The notes beneath the pieces were generated by a model. The model saw only the letters and a program-made list of their open reading frames with translations, did not search any database and was not told the origin of the DNA. The translations under genes were made by a program, and so were the position numbers. Of a stretch of DNA of 64,000 nt, positions 28,420 to 38,916 are shown in pieces. The DNA is from a virus. Taxonomy: Duplodnaviria; Caudoviricetes. Every line of letters starts with the position of its first letter. The stretch's first letter is position 1. The stretch is taken from IMG/VR virus record IMGVR_UViG_3300037247_001786, positions 32,001 to 96,000 of that record; one strand, given 5' to 3'.

Positions 28420-29394
28420 ATGAAGTTTATAGTTTCCTCAAAAGTAAAAGGTTCATTAATTTTAAAAACTTTAGGCAGAGCAGTGTCTGCGAAGTCTAGC
28501 GTTTATGTAGAAGGTAATGATTTATATGCAGATGATATTCAAAGGGCTATTAAGTCTAAATTTCTTATTCCTGCTGATCCTAGACAAGAAATAGAAGTTA
28601 AAGAAAATATTATTAATAAAACTTCTGAAGTGATTATTATAAATAAAACAGACAGGGTTGTCATTGTTGGAAATATCCCTATTAGACCTAATGGCTCAAC
28701 CATTAAAGATATCACTGAAATAGATATGAATTCTATTAAGCAAGCTATTGCAAGAAATCAGATTCAAGTTATCGTTGATGTAGATGAGGAATTATTTCAA
28801 GAGAATTCTCCTATTAAAAAAAGTGTTAAGATAGCAGATAAAGCGAAAAATATTAAGATAGAAAAAAACGATACTGAAGACGGTGAATCGGAGGACAAGA
28901 TAGTAGAAGACGAAGTTAATTCTGTTGTATGGGATTTTAGAAGACAAAAAATAGTCGATCCCGAAATAGTTCCTAAAACAAATCAAATTATAAATGCAGA
29001 ACCTGAGAAAAAAGATGAAGATGTAGATATGATAGACGCTTTAGACGAAGTGAATGATATCGAAGCAAATTCTACGCAAAATAATAAAGATAATATTTCT
29101 AAAAAAATTGAAACCATACAAAAAAAAGTTACTAAAAAAACATCTAAAAAGAAAAAAGTGACAAAAGCATCAACTTCTAAAAAGAAGGAATTAAACGACA
29201 CAAAAGAGAAATCTACTGAAGATATAGTCCCAGCTCTAGATAGTATGGGAAGAATTCTTAAAAATGATATGAATCATATGATAAGCGAAGAAAAAAATGA
29301 TATATCATTTGTGGATAAAGAACAAGCTAAGAAAAAGATAGACAATACAAATAAGAAAAAATCTGGAATTTTAGATTTAGATTTAGATTGGTAA
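28420..29394 (+). CDS. hypothetical Lys/Glu-rich protein
   Basis: AAGGAG RBS; long ORF. Confidence 0.75.
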   Translation: MKFIVSSKVKGSLILKTLGRAVSAKSSVYVEGNDLYADDIQRAIKSKFLIPADPRQEIEVKENIINKTSEVIIINKTDRVVIVGNIPIRPNGSTIKDITEIDMNSIKQAIARNQIQVIVDVDEELFQENSPIKKSVKIADKAKNIKIEKNDTEDGESEDKIVEDEVNSVVWDFRRQKIVDPEIVPKTNQIINAEPEKKDEDVDMIDALDEVNDIEANSTQNNKDNISKKIETIQKKVTKKTSKKKKVTKASTSKKKELNDTKEKSTEDIVPALDSMGRILKNDMNHMISEEKNDISFVDKEQAKKKIDNTNKKKSGILDLDLDW

Positions 29395-29400
29395 TGAATA

Positions 29401-30177
29401 ATGGATACTTGGACAACATTAAATAAAGAACTAGAGTACTATGGTATTCATCTTATAACTGATGTTGAGTGCGAGTGCCTTAAAGAAGATGGTACGAAAG
29501 TTAGTCAAGGAATTATGAAAACTATTCGTATGATTAATAAGTCTATAAACAAGCATAAACAGATACTTGTCTCTTTATGGGATAATGCTTGTGACTTAAT
29601 TACCGAAGATCGATTAGTAGAAGAATGTTTTCATGATGTAAAAATAAAAAAACTTTTTATCTTTACGCTTAAAGATATGTCAAAATTTTTACTTATGTTC
29701 GATATTCCCAATGAATCCTATTTAAGTAAAGGCATTAATGCTTCTTTAGATAGGGATATAAAATCTTTTTCTTCAGAGCAAATAAGTGAGATAATAGATT
29801 ATAAAATATCAATTGATTGGATACATCGAGTCATACAAAGGTTGTATTATATTTGTAATTTATTAGCTTTTGCATCTATTGGGAAAGAGAAAGTCTCTAC
29901 ATATGATATCAAGATAGCAGAAGGCATATCTGGACCTTGGGCTAATCTAGATTTACCTAAACTAGAAAGAGTTTATCCTTTTGAACAAGAAGAGCAACAT
30001 GGAAGAACGAAAGATAAACAGCATCAAAGAAGATACAGAAAAGGCTTTGAGAACTATAATAACGACGGTCGCGTTGGCGAGGGTCATTACTGGAGAGAAT
30101 TAAGGAACGAACCTTATAGTTGGTTTGATAATGCATCAGAAAGCCCATATCCACATAGAAACCTCTTATGGAATTAG
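29401..30177 (+). CDS. hypothetical protein
   Basis: Long ORF with an aromatic-rich C-terminus. Confidence 0.7.
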   Translation: MDTWTTLNKELEYYGIHLITDVECECLKEDGTKVSQGIMKTIRMINKSINKHKQILVSLWDNACDLITEDRLVEECFHDVKIKKLFIFTLKDMSKFLLMFDIPNESYLSKGINASLDRDIKSFSSEQISEIIDYKISIDWIHRVIQRLYYICNLLAFASIGKEKVSTYDIKIAEGISGPWANLDLPKLERVYPFEQEEQHGRTKDKQHQRRYRKGFENYNNDGRVGEGHYWRELRNEPYSWFDNASESPYPHRNLLWN

Positions 30178-30290
30178 GGTTTTAGATATGCTATTTAACA
30201 TAAAAACAAGAAATAAGCCTAAATTTTAAAGGATTTTTAAAATATTTACAGAATTCTATAAATAACGAGAAGTTAATTTATGGAGTAAAA

Positions 30291-30989
30291 ATGAGTATTA
30301 TCGAGAGTCTAACGAAAAAATGTAAATTTTGCGGTGACTATTTCAGGTCAACTAAAAAAAGAAGAACATATTGTTCAGACGGATGTTTTGATGGTTCCGT
30401 AAAAGAAAGACAGAAAAGATACAGAGAAGACAATAAGAAAGAAATTTTTAAAAGAAAAACAACCTGCAAGTATTGTAATAATAAATTTAAAATAGAAGAA
30501 CTTAAAGAAAGATGTTGCGATAGTAAAGATTGTTTAAAAGAGAAAAAAAAGGAGAAACAAAGAGTATCTTGGAAAAAGCATTATAATAAAAATATAAAAA
30601 AAACTACCAAGAAATTTAAAAAGAAAGATGCTGAGAGTAGCCGAAATTATAGGCGAACCCATACGGACGAAATTAACAAGAGAGACAGATCCCGTAAAAA
30701 AGAAAAAAGAGATTGGGTCGATAGTTTGAAAAAAAAATGCAAATGTAGTAGATGTAAAGATGATAGACACTTCTGTTTAGAGTATCATCATTTGAAGCCT
30801 GAAAATAAAAAATTTGCTATCTCGCAAGCTATAAGACAGGGATATGGCAAAGAAAGTATTTTAAAAGAAATAGAAAAATGTATTGTACTTTGCAGTAATT
30901 GTCATAGACACCTGCATTATCTAGAAAAGGAAATAGAAAATTGGAAACCATCAGAAGAATGGTTAAATAGTAAGGAGATTTTAGTATGA
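30291..30989 (+). CDS. HNH endonuclease with zinc-finger N-terminus
   Basis: CKFCG, CSDGC, CKYCN and C-terminal CSRC...LEYHH...EIEKCIVLCSNCHRHLH. Confidence 0.8.
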   Translation: MSIIESLTKKCKFCGDYFRSTKKRRTYCSDGCFDGSVKERQKRYREDNKKEIFKRKTTCKYCNNKFKIEELKERCCDSKDCLKEKKKEKQRVSWKKHYNKNIKKTTKKFKKKDAESSRNYRRTHTDEINKRDRSRKKEKRDWVDSLKKKCKCSRCKDDRHFCLEYHHLKPENKKFAISQAIRQGYGKESILKEIEKCIVLCSNCHRHLHYLEKEIENWKPSEEWLNSKEILV

Positions 30990-31144
30990 AAATTTTTAAA
31001 ACAGCAAATTATATAAAAATAGCAAAAGAACAAGGGTGTAGAGGATGTGGCAATTTAGCTGTTGGTCATAATGGCCTTTGCCAGAAATGTCAGGAAGAAG
31101 AGGAAGGAATAAAAGAAAGAATGGATAGTTCTAAATATGAATAA
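30986..31144 (+). CDS. 52-aa zinc-binding mini-protein MKIFKTANYIKIAKEQGCRGCG...LCQKC (not in ORF track)
   Basis: Own translation; AAGGAG RBS; start overlaps the previous stop. Confidence 0.6.
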   Translation: MKIFKTANYIKIAKEQGCRGCGNLAVGHNGLCQKCQEEEEGIKERMDSSKYE

Positions 31145-31271
31145 AGAAATTAATAGAATATTAAAAACTAATATCAAAGATATCGAGCCTCGTTTTAGAC
31201 CGTTATATAAATATATGAAATATATATGCTCTGGTGGAAAACCAAGAAATGATTAAAAAGGAAATATAAAA

Positions 31272-31691
31272 ATGAAAAAGCATTCACAATCGATATTTGA
31301 TTCTTTAATTAGAATTATGCCTGAATTAAAAGAAAATGTACGTTTTGGAGACGAATTAGTTGATCCTCTCGCAGCAAATGCTTTATTCCAAATATGGAGA
31401 ACTGGCAGCAGCTCTGATCAAAAAACATATAAAAGACCAATGACTTTTTCCCATGACGACTTACAAAGAATGCAAAAAGCTGATTTGGTAAAAGTTTTAG
31501 GGGATAAATTTGAAGTTACCGAAAAAGGTGCAAATGTTATCAAAGTTATGATACTAGGAGATGATAGGTCAGTTTTTGAAGAAAATGGTTTAAATGTTGA
31601 CTACCATACAGCACTTGATAACACTAAAAATGTAAAAGTAGCGAAAACTCAAAAAATAGCTGGCTGGTGGAATAGGTACACCGAGGAATAG
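31272..31691 (+). CDS. hypothetical protein
   Basis: AAGGA RBS; abuts the next gene. Confidence 0.7.
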   Translation: MKKHSQSIFDSLIRIMPELKENVRFGDELVDPLAANALFQIWRTGSSSDQKTYKRPMTFSHDDLQRMQKADLVKVLGDKFEVTEKGANVIKVMILGDDRSVFEENGLNVDYHTALDNTKNVKVAKTQKIAGWWNRYTEE

Positions 31692-32114
31692 ATGAGGCAA
31701 GTAACTGTAATTTATAGAAATAGATCAGAGCCAACAAAAGTTTTAACAAAAAATAAACTGCAATGGTATGACCCTTTAAAAAAAGAGATGCAACATTTCG
31801 AGGGCGGTTGTCTTGAATTTGAATATATAGAAGATCAATATCTCGTCGCTATTGGATCACAGCAAAGATCAAATCAAGGAATTCATAGTACTTTTAGACT
31901 ATTGCCTAAAGCGGTTGATTTAGAGATAATATCAACTCATAAAGTATCTGATAATAAAAAGTTTTTAAAGTTTTTTGATAATTATCTTAATTATAATATG
32001 AGCGAAATAACAGCGAAGACGGGTAAAGAAAATACTATATGCTTTGTTCCAAATGACGAGTTTGAGGATTTTAGCTATCAACTAGAAAGACACGGTTTTA
32101 ATTATGAGATATAA
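31692..32114 (+). CDS. hypothetical protein
   Basis: Tightly coupled ORF. Confidence 0.7.
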   Translation: MRQVTVIYRNRSEPTKVLTKNKLQWYDPLKKEMQHFEGGCLEFEYIEDQYLVAIGSQQRSNQGIHSTFRLLPKAVDLEIISTHKVSDNKKFLKFFDNYLNYNMSEITAKTGKENTICFVPNDEFEDFSYQLERHGFNYEI

Positions 32115-32116
32115 TA

Positions 32117-32482
32117 ATGTCAAATAAACAATTAAAAGTAGAAATAGCTGATACCCCTTTTTCGAGACAGAAGGGGTTAATGTTTAGATCTAAATTAAGT
32201 GAAAACGATGGAATGCTTTTTAAGTTTAACAGACCTCAAAAGTTAAAATTTTGGGGACTAAATACTTTTATTCCTCTATCTATCGCTTTCATTTCCCCTG
32301 AAAATAAAATATCAAAAATAGAACAAATTTCCCCTTTTTCTCTTAAATGTGTAGAAAGTGATACAGATTGTTCGATAGCTATAGAGGCTAACCATGATTT
32401 CTTCGATAATAATAATATCGGAATTGGCAGCTCGATAGATATCGTTAAAGATGATATCACTAATTACATAATTTTTAAATAG
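32117..32482 (+). CDS. DUF192 family protein
   Basis: VEIADT...RQKGLMFR..L...DGMLF.F......FW..NTFIPLSIAF. Confidence 0.85.
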   Translation: MSNKQLKVEIADTPFSRQKGLMFRSKLSENDGMLFKFNRPQKLKFWGLNTFIPLSIAFISPENKISKIEQISPFSLKCVESDTDCSIAIEANHDFFDNNNIGIGSSIDIVKDDITNYIIFK

Positions 32483-32492
32483 AGGAAAAACC

Positions 32493-32897
32493 ATGAAAAT
32501 AACTTTAGCGGAAATAAAATCACTAGAAACTAGTTTATCAAAAATATTTGATAAAGATATAAATATTAAATTGGCTTATAGATTAGGGATTTTATTAAAA
32601 AAGATTTCTGAAGAAATGCAATCGCTAGAAAAAAATAGAGTTAAACTAGTTACAAAATATGGTGTCAAAAACGGAGAGGGTCAAGTATCTGTACCTGATG
32701 AGAAAACGCCTGATTTTTATAAAGAGTTTAATGAGCTAATGCAGATAAGCATAGACATTGATTTTGAACCTATCCCTTTGAGTGCATTTGGCGACATTTC
32801 TCTTAGTGCCGCTGATGTCATGAGATTGGATGAAAAAATAATCACAAACGATGAAGAGATTGTAGAAAAAAAAGTTTTAGAAGAAGTCAAAGGATAG
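32493..32897 (+). CDS. conserved phage helical protein
   Basis: KLAYRL...LKKI.EE...LEK.R.KLV.KYG pattern common in phage hypothetical proteins. Confidence 0.65.
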   Translation: MKITLAEIKSLETSLSKIFDKDINIKLAYRLGILLKKISEEMQSLEKNRVKLVTKYGVKNGEGQVSVPDEKTPDFYKEFNELMQISIDIDFEPIPLSAFGDISLSAADVMRLDEKIITNDEEIVEKKVLEEVKG

Positions 32898-32944
32898 AAG
32901 ATAAAACAAGGGTTTTTTAAAAAAAAGCCTAACTCTTATCTGTT

Positions 32945-35302
32945 ATGAACAACAATCATCAAAGCTGGTACAAAAAAAATATTACCTCACAAAATAACCG
33001 CGTTAATGACGTTATAGATTGGGTTGATGACGACACCTCCGAAGAAATGGCTCAGATTATGAATCCTGAAATAGTAGATTTTGATGCTATAGAAAGGCAA
33101 CGAGCAGAAAACCTACCTTTAGAACAAGGAGAAATGCAAACTATTACAGAAGAAGAAATAGACGGCTATATCGTTGATGACCTGATAGAGCAAGATGAAA
33201 GATATATTAGAGACGAAAAAATGGAGCAAGATTATTTTGATGGAAAATATATTCCATCAGAAGAGGAACTTAAAGAAAGAGGTATAGAGCCGGTTATCGA
33301 CGATGAAACAGTTGTCGATGAGAATCCAGATGACGCTCCGGAGTTCGGAGAAGATCATATATCGGCAATGCAGTGGGCTATAGAGAATAATAGAGTTGTA
33401 AAGTTATCCTATCTAACTCTTGGTAAAAAAAGGGGAAGAGGAGGAAAACAGCACTTAAAAAGAGAAATAAGTGATGACAGAATCCCTGGAACAGGGGTTA
33501 ATATATGGAGAATAGTTGAACCTCATTATATTTATCCGGCGAGCAATGGACACGACATCCTAATAAGTTACGATAGATCAGTAAGGCATATCAGAGCTTT
33601 TAGAGTGTCTAATGTAACAGGAGTGGAATTTACTAAGAAAAGATCAACTAATGAACCTTCATATTTTAAACCAAGAGTTAAAATTAAAAATCCTGATGGG
33701 TTAGGGCAATCAGGTAAAATAAAAGGAATAGAAGCTATGAATGAAAATATTTTTCAAAATTTGAAAGAGATTGGTGATGATTTAGTATCAAAAGGATTAT
33801 CAAAAAATGCTGAATCAGTAACTAAAATGATGTCTCATTTGCTTAACATTAAGACAGCTCAATATGTAGGTCCTCAAGGATACTGGATCAGGCAAAAAAG
33901 ATGTTGGGATAATTGTTATAGGCATAAAAGAACAACTAGCCCAGAGAAAGCTGCTCAAACTGTATGGATGGAGTGCCGAGACGAATATAACGAGGCTATA
34001 AATAATAACTCAAGCGGTTGGGAAAAGTATGCTGAAGAAGATGCAGATCTTTTTAAATATGCTAGTAAGGAACAAGAAGATTGGGTGAAAGAAGAAAATA
34101 AAAAATTTGCTGAATCTGTTGATAAAAAAATAACAGAAGGAAAGTCTCATGGTATGTCTATTTGCTTAACTCTTGAACAGAGGAAAAATAGATATAACGA
34201 TATTCTTATTGCAGATGCCGATAATTTATCAAAAATAGCTGAAACACTAAAAGAAACAGGACAAGAGGAGCTAAGCGAGAAAATAGCAACAATTTCTATT
34301 GAATTATTAAAAAAAGCACAATTTGGAGGCGGGTTCGAAGGTGCAATGAATAAGCTGAGGAAATATAACCCTTTTTCAAGTAAGAGCCGAGCGAAAGGTC
34401 ACTCTGGTGACGTTATGACTCGTCTCAAAAATATCGCGATGCAAGCAGATAACTTGTCAACTCAATTTAATACTTTGCAAAGAGATGCCGCTCAATACGG
34501 GCAAGAGTATTCTCAAGAGCAACAGTCTTATAGAGATTTTGATCAACAACAACAAGCCAAAAAACAGCAAAGACAAGATATGTGGGGAAAAGTAAAGGAT
34601 GCTCCTGGACAAACATGGAACGCTCTGAAACAAAAAGGACAAGAGGCTTATCAGAACTTCTCAAATCCTCCTGGGCAAGCTCTTAGCGAAAGCGATACTG
34701 ATATTAAAGAAGCACAATATTCAGACAAGACAACAGGTGTAGTTTCCTTTATAAAAGATTTAAGATCACAACTTGAAGAATTTATGACTAATTTAGCAAC
34801 AGAAAAAAGTGCATTAAGTCAAATATCTGCCCAATCGACAGATACTTCATCAAGAGATAGAGCTGCTGGAGCATCTGTAGCTATTGAACAATTTATTACA
34901 AAAGCTAATCAATTTATATCATCTACGAGAACAGTTCAAGACGCTTTTAACGCAATCCCATCTATGGTAGAAGGTTTAAGTAAATTCTCTAATGATATAA
35001 ATATGATACAAAGAGGAGAGACTCCTCCAATAGATAGCGATAGAGATGGAGTGCCAGACAGTATAGATGTTGATAATAACCAGAATATGATAGCAGACGA
35101 AGAGGAGATAGCCACACCTGAAGAAGAGTTGGCTATACCTGAGAATATCCCACTTACTAGCAATCTAACAGGGGATAAACAACTAGATTTACAACAACTT
35201 ATGGAGAACGAAGATCTAAAAAGTTATCTAGCGTCATTGATGGGAATGTATAATAGTAAAATGAGAACATTAAAAAGACAACAGGCGAAAGAACAAATAT
35301 AA
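32945..35302 (+). CDS. large putative internal head protein containing a WYL-like domain and K-x-A-Q motifs
   Basis: AIENNRVVKLSY...RIVEPHYIY...DILISYDRSVRHIRAFRVSNV (WYL pattern); KTAQY, KKAQF, KEAQY; possible internal start at 33737. Confidence 0.65.
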   Translation: MNNNHQSWYKKNITSQNNRVNDVIDWVDDDTSEEMAQIMNPEIVDFDAIERQRAENLPLEQGEMQTITEEEIDGYIVDDLIEQDERYIRDEKMEQDYFDGKYIPSEEELKERGIEPVIDDETVVDENPDDAPEFGEDHISAMQWAIENNRVVKLSYLTLGKKRGRGGKQHLKREISDDRIPGTGVNIWRIVEPHYIYPASNGHDILISYDRSVRHIRAFRVSNVTGVEFTKKRSTNEPSYFKPRVKIKNPDGLGQSGKIKGIEAMNENIFQNLKEIGDDLVSKGLSKNAESVTKMMSHLLNIKTAQYVGPQGYWIRQKRCWDNCYRHKRTTSPEKAAQTVWMECRDEYNEAINNNSSGWEKYAEEDADLFKYASKEQEDWVKEENKKFAESVDKKITEGKSHGMSICLTLEQRKNRYNDILIADADNLSKIAETLKETGQEELSEKIATISIELLKKAQFGGGFEGAMNKLRKYNPFSSKSRAKGHSGDVMTRLKNIAMQADNLSTQFNTLQRDAAQYGQEYSQEQQSYRDFDQQQQAKKQQRQDMWGKVKDAPGQTWNALKQKGQEAYQNFSNPPGQALSESDTDIKEAQYSDKTTGVVSFIKDLRSQLEEFMTNLATEKSALSQISAQSTDTSSRDRAAGASVAIEQFITKANQFISSTRTVQDAFNAIPSMVEGLSKFSNDINMIQRGETPPIDSDRDGVPDSIDVDNNQNMIADEEEIATPEEELAIPENIPLTSNLTGDKQLDLQQLMENEDLKSYLASLMGMYNSKMRTLKRQQAKEQI

Positions 35303-35388
35303 AATAAAATAAAGGATTTTAGGTAGTCCTGAAGTAATTAATAATAAATATACAAGTTTAACAAAAAAAATAGTTAATAAACAAGGAG

Positions 35389-36147
35389 ATGGATATGCAT
35401 TTTATTCAAAACAAGATCAGCGTTGGCGTTACAAAAACTTTTGATGACATAGTTAATGATTATGTTGCAAAGAAAAACGCCCAGGTAAAAACAGCTTCTG
35501 TTGAAGAAGTAGTGGCAGAAGTTAAAGTGGCTGAGGCAGATGAAGCCGCTTCAAGTGGACAATTAGATGTTGAACCTCTTCATCAAGAAGGCGAATCAAC
35601 GAATCAAGATTCTGTTGCTGGTGGAAAATCAGACGGCGACGGTGGAAAAGCTCCTGCTAAGAAAGCCGATGAAGAAGGCGAAGATAGCGGACAGCCAAAA
35701 GCCGAAGGTTCTGATAAGTTTACCAACGACCCTAAAGTAGACGCTGATGCTAACGCTGATGCTGATGTCAAGATAGCAGAAGCAAAATGCGAAGAATGCA
35801 AATGCGATCCTTGCTCTTGCGACGAGAAAGAAGCTAAGACTGATGAAGACGAAGAAGAAGTTAAAGAAGCTGGCATTAAGGGCAATTGTTCAAAATGCAG
35901 CAAACCTAACTTCCTTTGCAAATGTGACAAAGGTTCTGATGACTCTGATGACTCTGACGACTCCGATGACTCCGATGACTCCGATAAGGAAGATAAGGAA
36001 GATAAAGAAGCATCTGACGATAAGACTGTAAAAGTAGCTTTTAAGAAAATTGCTAATTTAACATCGCCAGAAAAAGCAAGACTCGGCAAGTACTGGAAGA
36101 ACATCTATCCAGATTCATTCGTTGATGCTATGTTGGCTGACAAATAA
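35389..36147 (+). CDS. acidic low-complexity putative internal head/scaffold protein
   Basis: Repeated K-x-A motifs, Cys clusters and DSD tandem repeats at about 35935-35985. Confidence 0.7.
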   Translation: MDMHFIQNKISVGVTKTFDDIVNDYVAKKNAQVKTASVEEVVAEVKVAEADEAASSGQLDVEPLHQEGESTNQDSVAGGKSDGDGGKAPAKKADEEGEDSGQPKAEGSDKFTNDPKVDADANADADVKIAEAKCEECKCDPCSCDEKEAKTDEDEEEVKEAGIKGNCSKCSKPNFLCKCDKGSDDSDDSDDSDDSDDSDKEDKEDKEASDDKTVKVAFKKIANLTSPEKARLGKYWKNIYPDSFVDAMLADK

Positions 36148-36163
36148 TTTATAACAGTTATTA

Positions 36164-36871
36164 ATGGAGTTTATTATGGCGATTATACCTGTTGGTAAAA
36201 CGCGTTTAATGGTTTCGCAAGTAATATCTACCCCTACATCACAGGGGTATGACGATGGCGTACCTAAACTTACCCCCGATGATATTGATGTTGAGGGAAT
36301 AGGGAATGACTTGCCAGAAATTCCAGAAGTCCCAGAAGCCCCTGAATCTCCAGAAGAAGGAATTCAGGGAGTCGCTGAAGATAATCAGCTAACTTTAACA
36401 GATTATATTTTTAAAACTCTTGAGGGGTTTGGTTATCCTGGTAGACGATTAGAAGAATTTAAGAAGAAATTTGTTAAAGAAAGCGTATCTCCAGATGGAA
36501 CAAAAGATATTAAGATAGAGATCCCTGATAGATATTATCCCGATAACATGGGTAATATAAAAACAGTGGAAACAGAGGAACTTGGTAAATTTGTTCAAGA
36601 AATTAATAGTAAATTTGGTCTTAATTTCAATGGTGCTGAACGGTCTGAAGGAAAATGGCTTGTTAACTTAACATCTGCTAAAAGAACAGAAGAGGATGAG
36701 GGAGGTATTGTTAGAGATAATCTTGACGAAGTTTACGGGACTCCCTCGGGCAATGGAAAGCCAAGTGTTAAAAAAGAGACAACTGTTCAAGCTTTTTCTC
36801 AACAAGAGTTAATAACAGCATCAAAAGACGATAAACTTATAGAAAATTTACAAAAATTAAATGGAGAATAA
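36164..36871 (+). CDS. hypothetical head-module protein
   Basis: Acidic ORF between terL and portal. Confidence 0.7.
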   Translation: MEFIMAIIPVGKTRLMVSQVISTPTSQGYDDGVPKLTPDDIDVEGIGNDLPEIPEVPEAPESPEEGIQGVAEDNQLTLTDYIFKTLEGFGYPGRRLEEFKKKFVKESVSPDGTKDIKIEIPDRYYPDNMGNIKTVETEELGKFVQEINSKFGLNFNGAERSEGKWLVNLTSAKRTEEDEGGIVRDNLDEVYGTPSGNGKPSVKKETTVQAFSQQELITASKDDKLIENLQKLNGE

Positions 36872-37700
36872 TATGCTTCGCAAAACAAAATCTCAAAATA
36901 TTTTAAATCTCTTTACTATGCCAGAAGAACCTGATAAAGTCGCTGAATTTACAGAAACAAAAAACATTAGCGATAAAGTGTCAGAAGGCAGATTAAGAGT
37001 AACTAGTAAACAAAATATTTCTGAAAATTTCTTCGGATTAGGGGAATTGGCTGAGAACGTTGCAATTGCTCAAAAAGTTTCTAAAGCTCAAGACAATGAG
37101 AACAGAAACAGCAAAGAGCACTTGGCTATATTATCAGAAGAGCAAAAGAGTAAAAGCCTTTCTGGTTTCAATCCTATGACTTCTAATGGCAGTAGTATTA
37201 TATCAGCGAATGCTGGAGGCATTACCGACATGGGCGGACCTCAGAAACAGATTAAGATACCTACATCGAATAGTATTTTTAATCCTGATAGAAATGCGAT
37301 AGAAGCGAGTAAAATTGATAGCAAAACAGAAACTAAAATAGAAAAAGAAAAAATTGCTACAAATAGAAGGTTGTCAGAGCAAAAAAGAATGGACGACATG
37401 GTAGAGTCTTTGAGAACTACTAATCAATCTAAAAGTTCATCTGCTCATAGAACTGGAACTGGCGATCTAGAGAGAACAGATTTTAAATTATCTCGAAATA
37501 ATATAAGCATTTTTGATTCAGGAGATTTCGATAGAGTTCCTGAGAAAACAAGAGGAGAAAAAGTCTCTGAACAAGTAGCTGAAAAGAATGCTCAAATTGA
37601 TGAGTCTTGGAGACAAAATGGAAAATCGTTGAAAAGTAGAGAAGTTACAAATAGATTTTTTGACAGTTTGATAGAGAAATTAGAATCTGATGGATGTTAA
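36861..37700 (+). CDS. hypothetical head-module protein
   Basis: Overlap-coupled ORF. Confidence 0.7.
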   Translation: MENNMLRKTKSQNILNLFTMPEEPDKVAEFTETKNISDKVSEGRLRVTSKQNISENFFGLGELAENVAIAQKVSKAQDNENRNSKEHLAILSEEQKSKSLSGFNPMTSNGSSIISANAGGITDMGGPQKQIKIPTSNSIFNPDRNAIEASKIDSKTETKIEKEKIATNRRLSEQKRMDDMVESLRTTNQSKSSSAHRTGTGDLERTDFKLSRNNISIFDSGDFDRVPEKTRGEKVSEQVAEKNAQIDESWRQNGKSLKSREVTNRFFDSLIEKLESDGC

Positions 37701-38916
37701 TTATGTCCAACAAAGTTTTGGGAACGGTTTAATAGAACTAGAAACATCTATTCCTGAACTTAGAGCTTTGCCTCCTGAAGAGGCTGATCTTCAGATTCAA
37801 CAAACTAAACGAATATTAATGGACACTCAATTAAGATTGAGCAAAGCGTCAAGTAGTATGGCGGGTATAGAAAAACAGATTAATAATACGGTTGATACGG
37901 AACAACAAGCAACAAATCAACAAGTTATTACTAATCTTACTAGTAATATAGAGGGAGAAGCTATGAGTAAAAATAAAAAAGAAATTAAAGCTTTTAATCT
38001 AAAACAAGCTCAATTTGAAGCTCCGGCTGTTCCATTTGGATCAGATAGCTTTAATGACGCACCTGAACTAGGAGAAGAGAACTTTAATAGCATACAAGAA
38101 ATAAACCAAGAAAACGGACTAGATAGAAAAGCTTTTACAGATTTCTTATCTGGACTAGCATCAGAAGACGTTAATGGATTATTCCAATTTGTAAAAACAC
38201 ATTCTTCTAGCGGTAGCGAAGAGGTTGTTGATAAACTTACAGAACAATTTAATATGATATTTGAAAATCCTATGCATGTTGACGAATCAGATCAAATTGC
38301 AGGACAAATTTATGATCTATTAGATGACGAAATAAAAACTATTCCGTCTAATGCCGCAATGGGAATTCCCACCACTATATCAGAAATTAATGACATTATA
38401 AAAAAACTTGCTGAAGAGCATGTTAATAAAAAAACTAAAATAAGCTCATTTAATTTGAAGAAAACTGCTCAACATAAAACCGTTGAGAACGTTATTCTTC
38501 ATGGACCACATAATATGAAATTCGACCCTTTCCTCAGACAACCTGTTTCTGATTGGAGTATTCTTGAAAGAAATAAAGGTTTCGGATTAACATTTGATGA
38601 CGTTTGGGATGTAGATTATGAAGCTATATGGCGTGGATCTGTCATGGATAAGTATTCTCGCCCTTATAGAGATAAAGAGGGTAACTGGGTCGGTGGGTAT
38701 ATAAACAAAAGATTTGAGGTTGATAGGAATATCCCTGAAACAAATAATTTACAATTAAAACCTGGGCAATTAAGAAGACCGACTCCTCCTGAATATGGAC
38801 TAATAGAATCTCGCTTACAAGCTGCAAGAGCTAATGGCGATATCGAAGGCGGACCAGATGTAAATAGAAGTAAGCCTTTTAATTGGAAAGAAGCTTCATC
38901 TAAAAAAAAAAGTTAG
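37690..38916 (+). CDS. hypothetical head-module protein ending at an A10 slippery run
   Basis: FNLKQAQF and FNLKKTAQH motifs; in-frame GAGGGAG-ATG internal start at 37963; ends TCT AAA AAA AAA AGT TAG. Confidence 0.7.
   Translation: MDVNYVQQSFGNGLIELETSIPELRALPPEEADLQIQQTKRILMDTQLRLSKASSSMAGIEKQINNTVDTEQQATNQQVITNLTSNIEGEAMSKNKKEIKAFNLKQAQFEAPAVPFGSDSFNDAPELGEENFNSIQEINQENGLDRKAFTDFLSGLASEDVNGLFQFVKTHSSSGSEEVVDKLTEQFNMIFENPMHVDESDQIAGQIYDLLDDEIKTIPSNAAMGIPTTISEINDIIKKLAEEHVNKKTKISSFNLKKTAQHKTVENVILHGPHNMKFDPFLRQPVSDWSILERNKGFGLTFDDVWDVDYEAIWRGSVMDKYSRPYRDKEGNWVGGYINKRFEVDRNIPETNNLQLKPGQLRRPTPPEYGLIESRLQAARANGDIEGGPDVNRSKPFNWKEASSKKKS

Noticed and set aside
35604-36104. 166-aa antisense ORF
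   Set aside because: Shadow of Asp/Glu/Ser repeats in 35389..36147.
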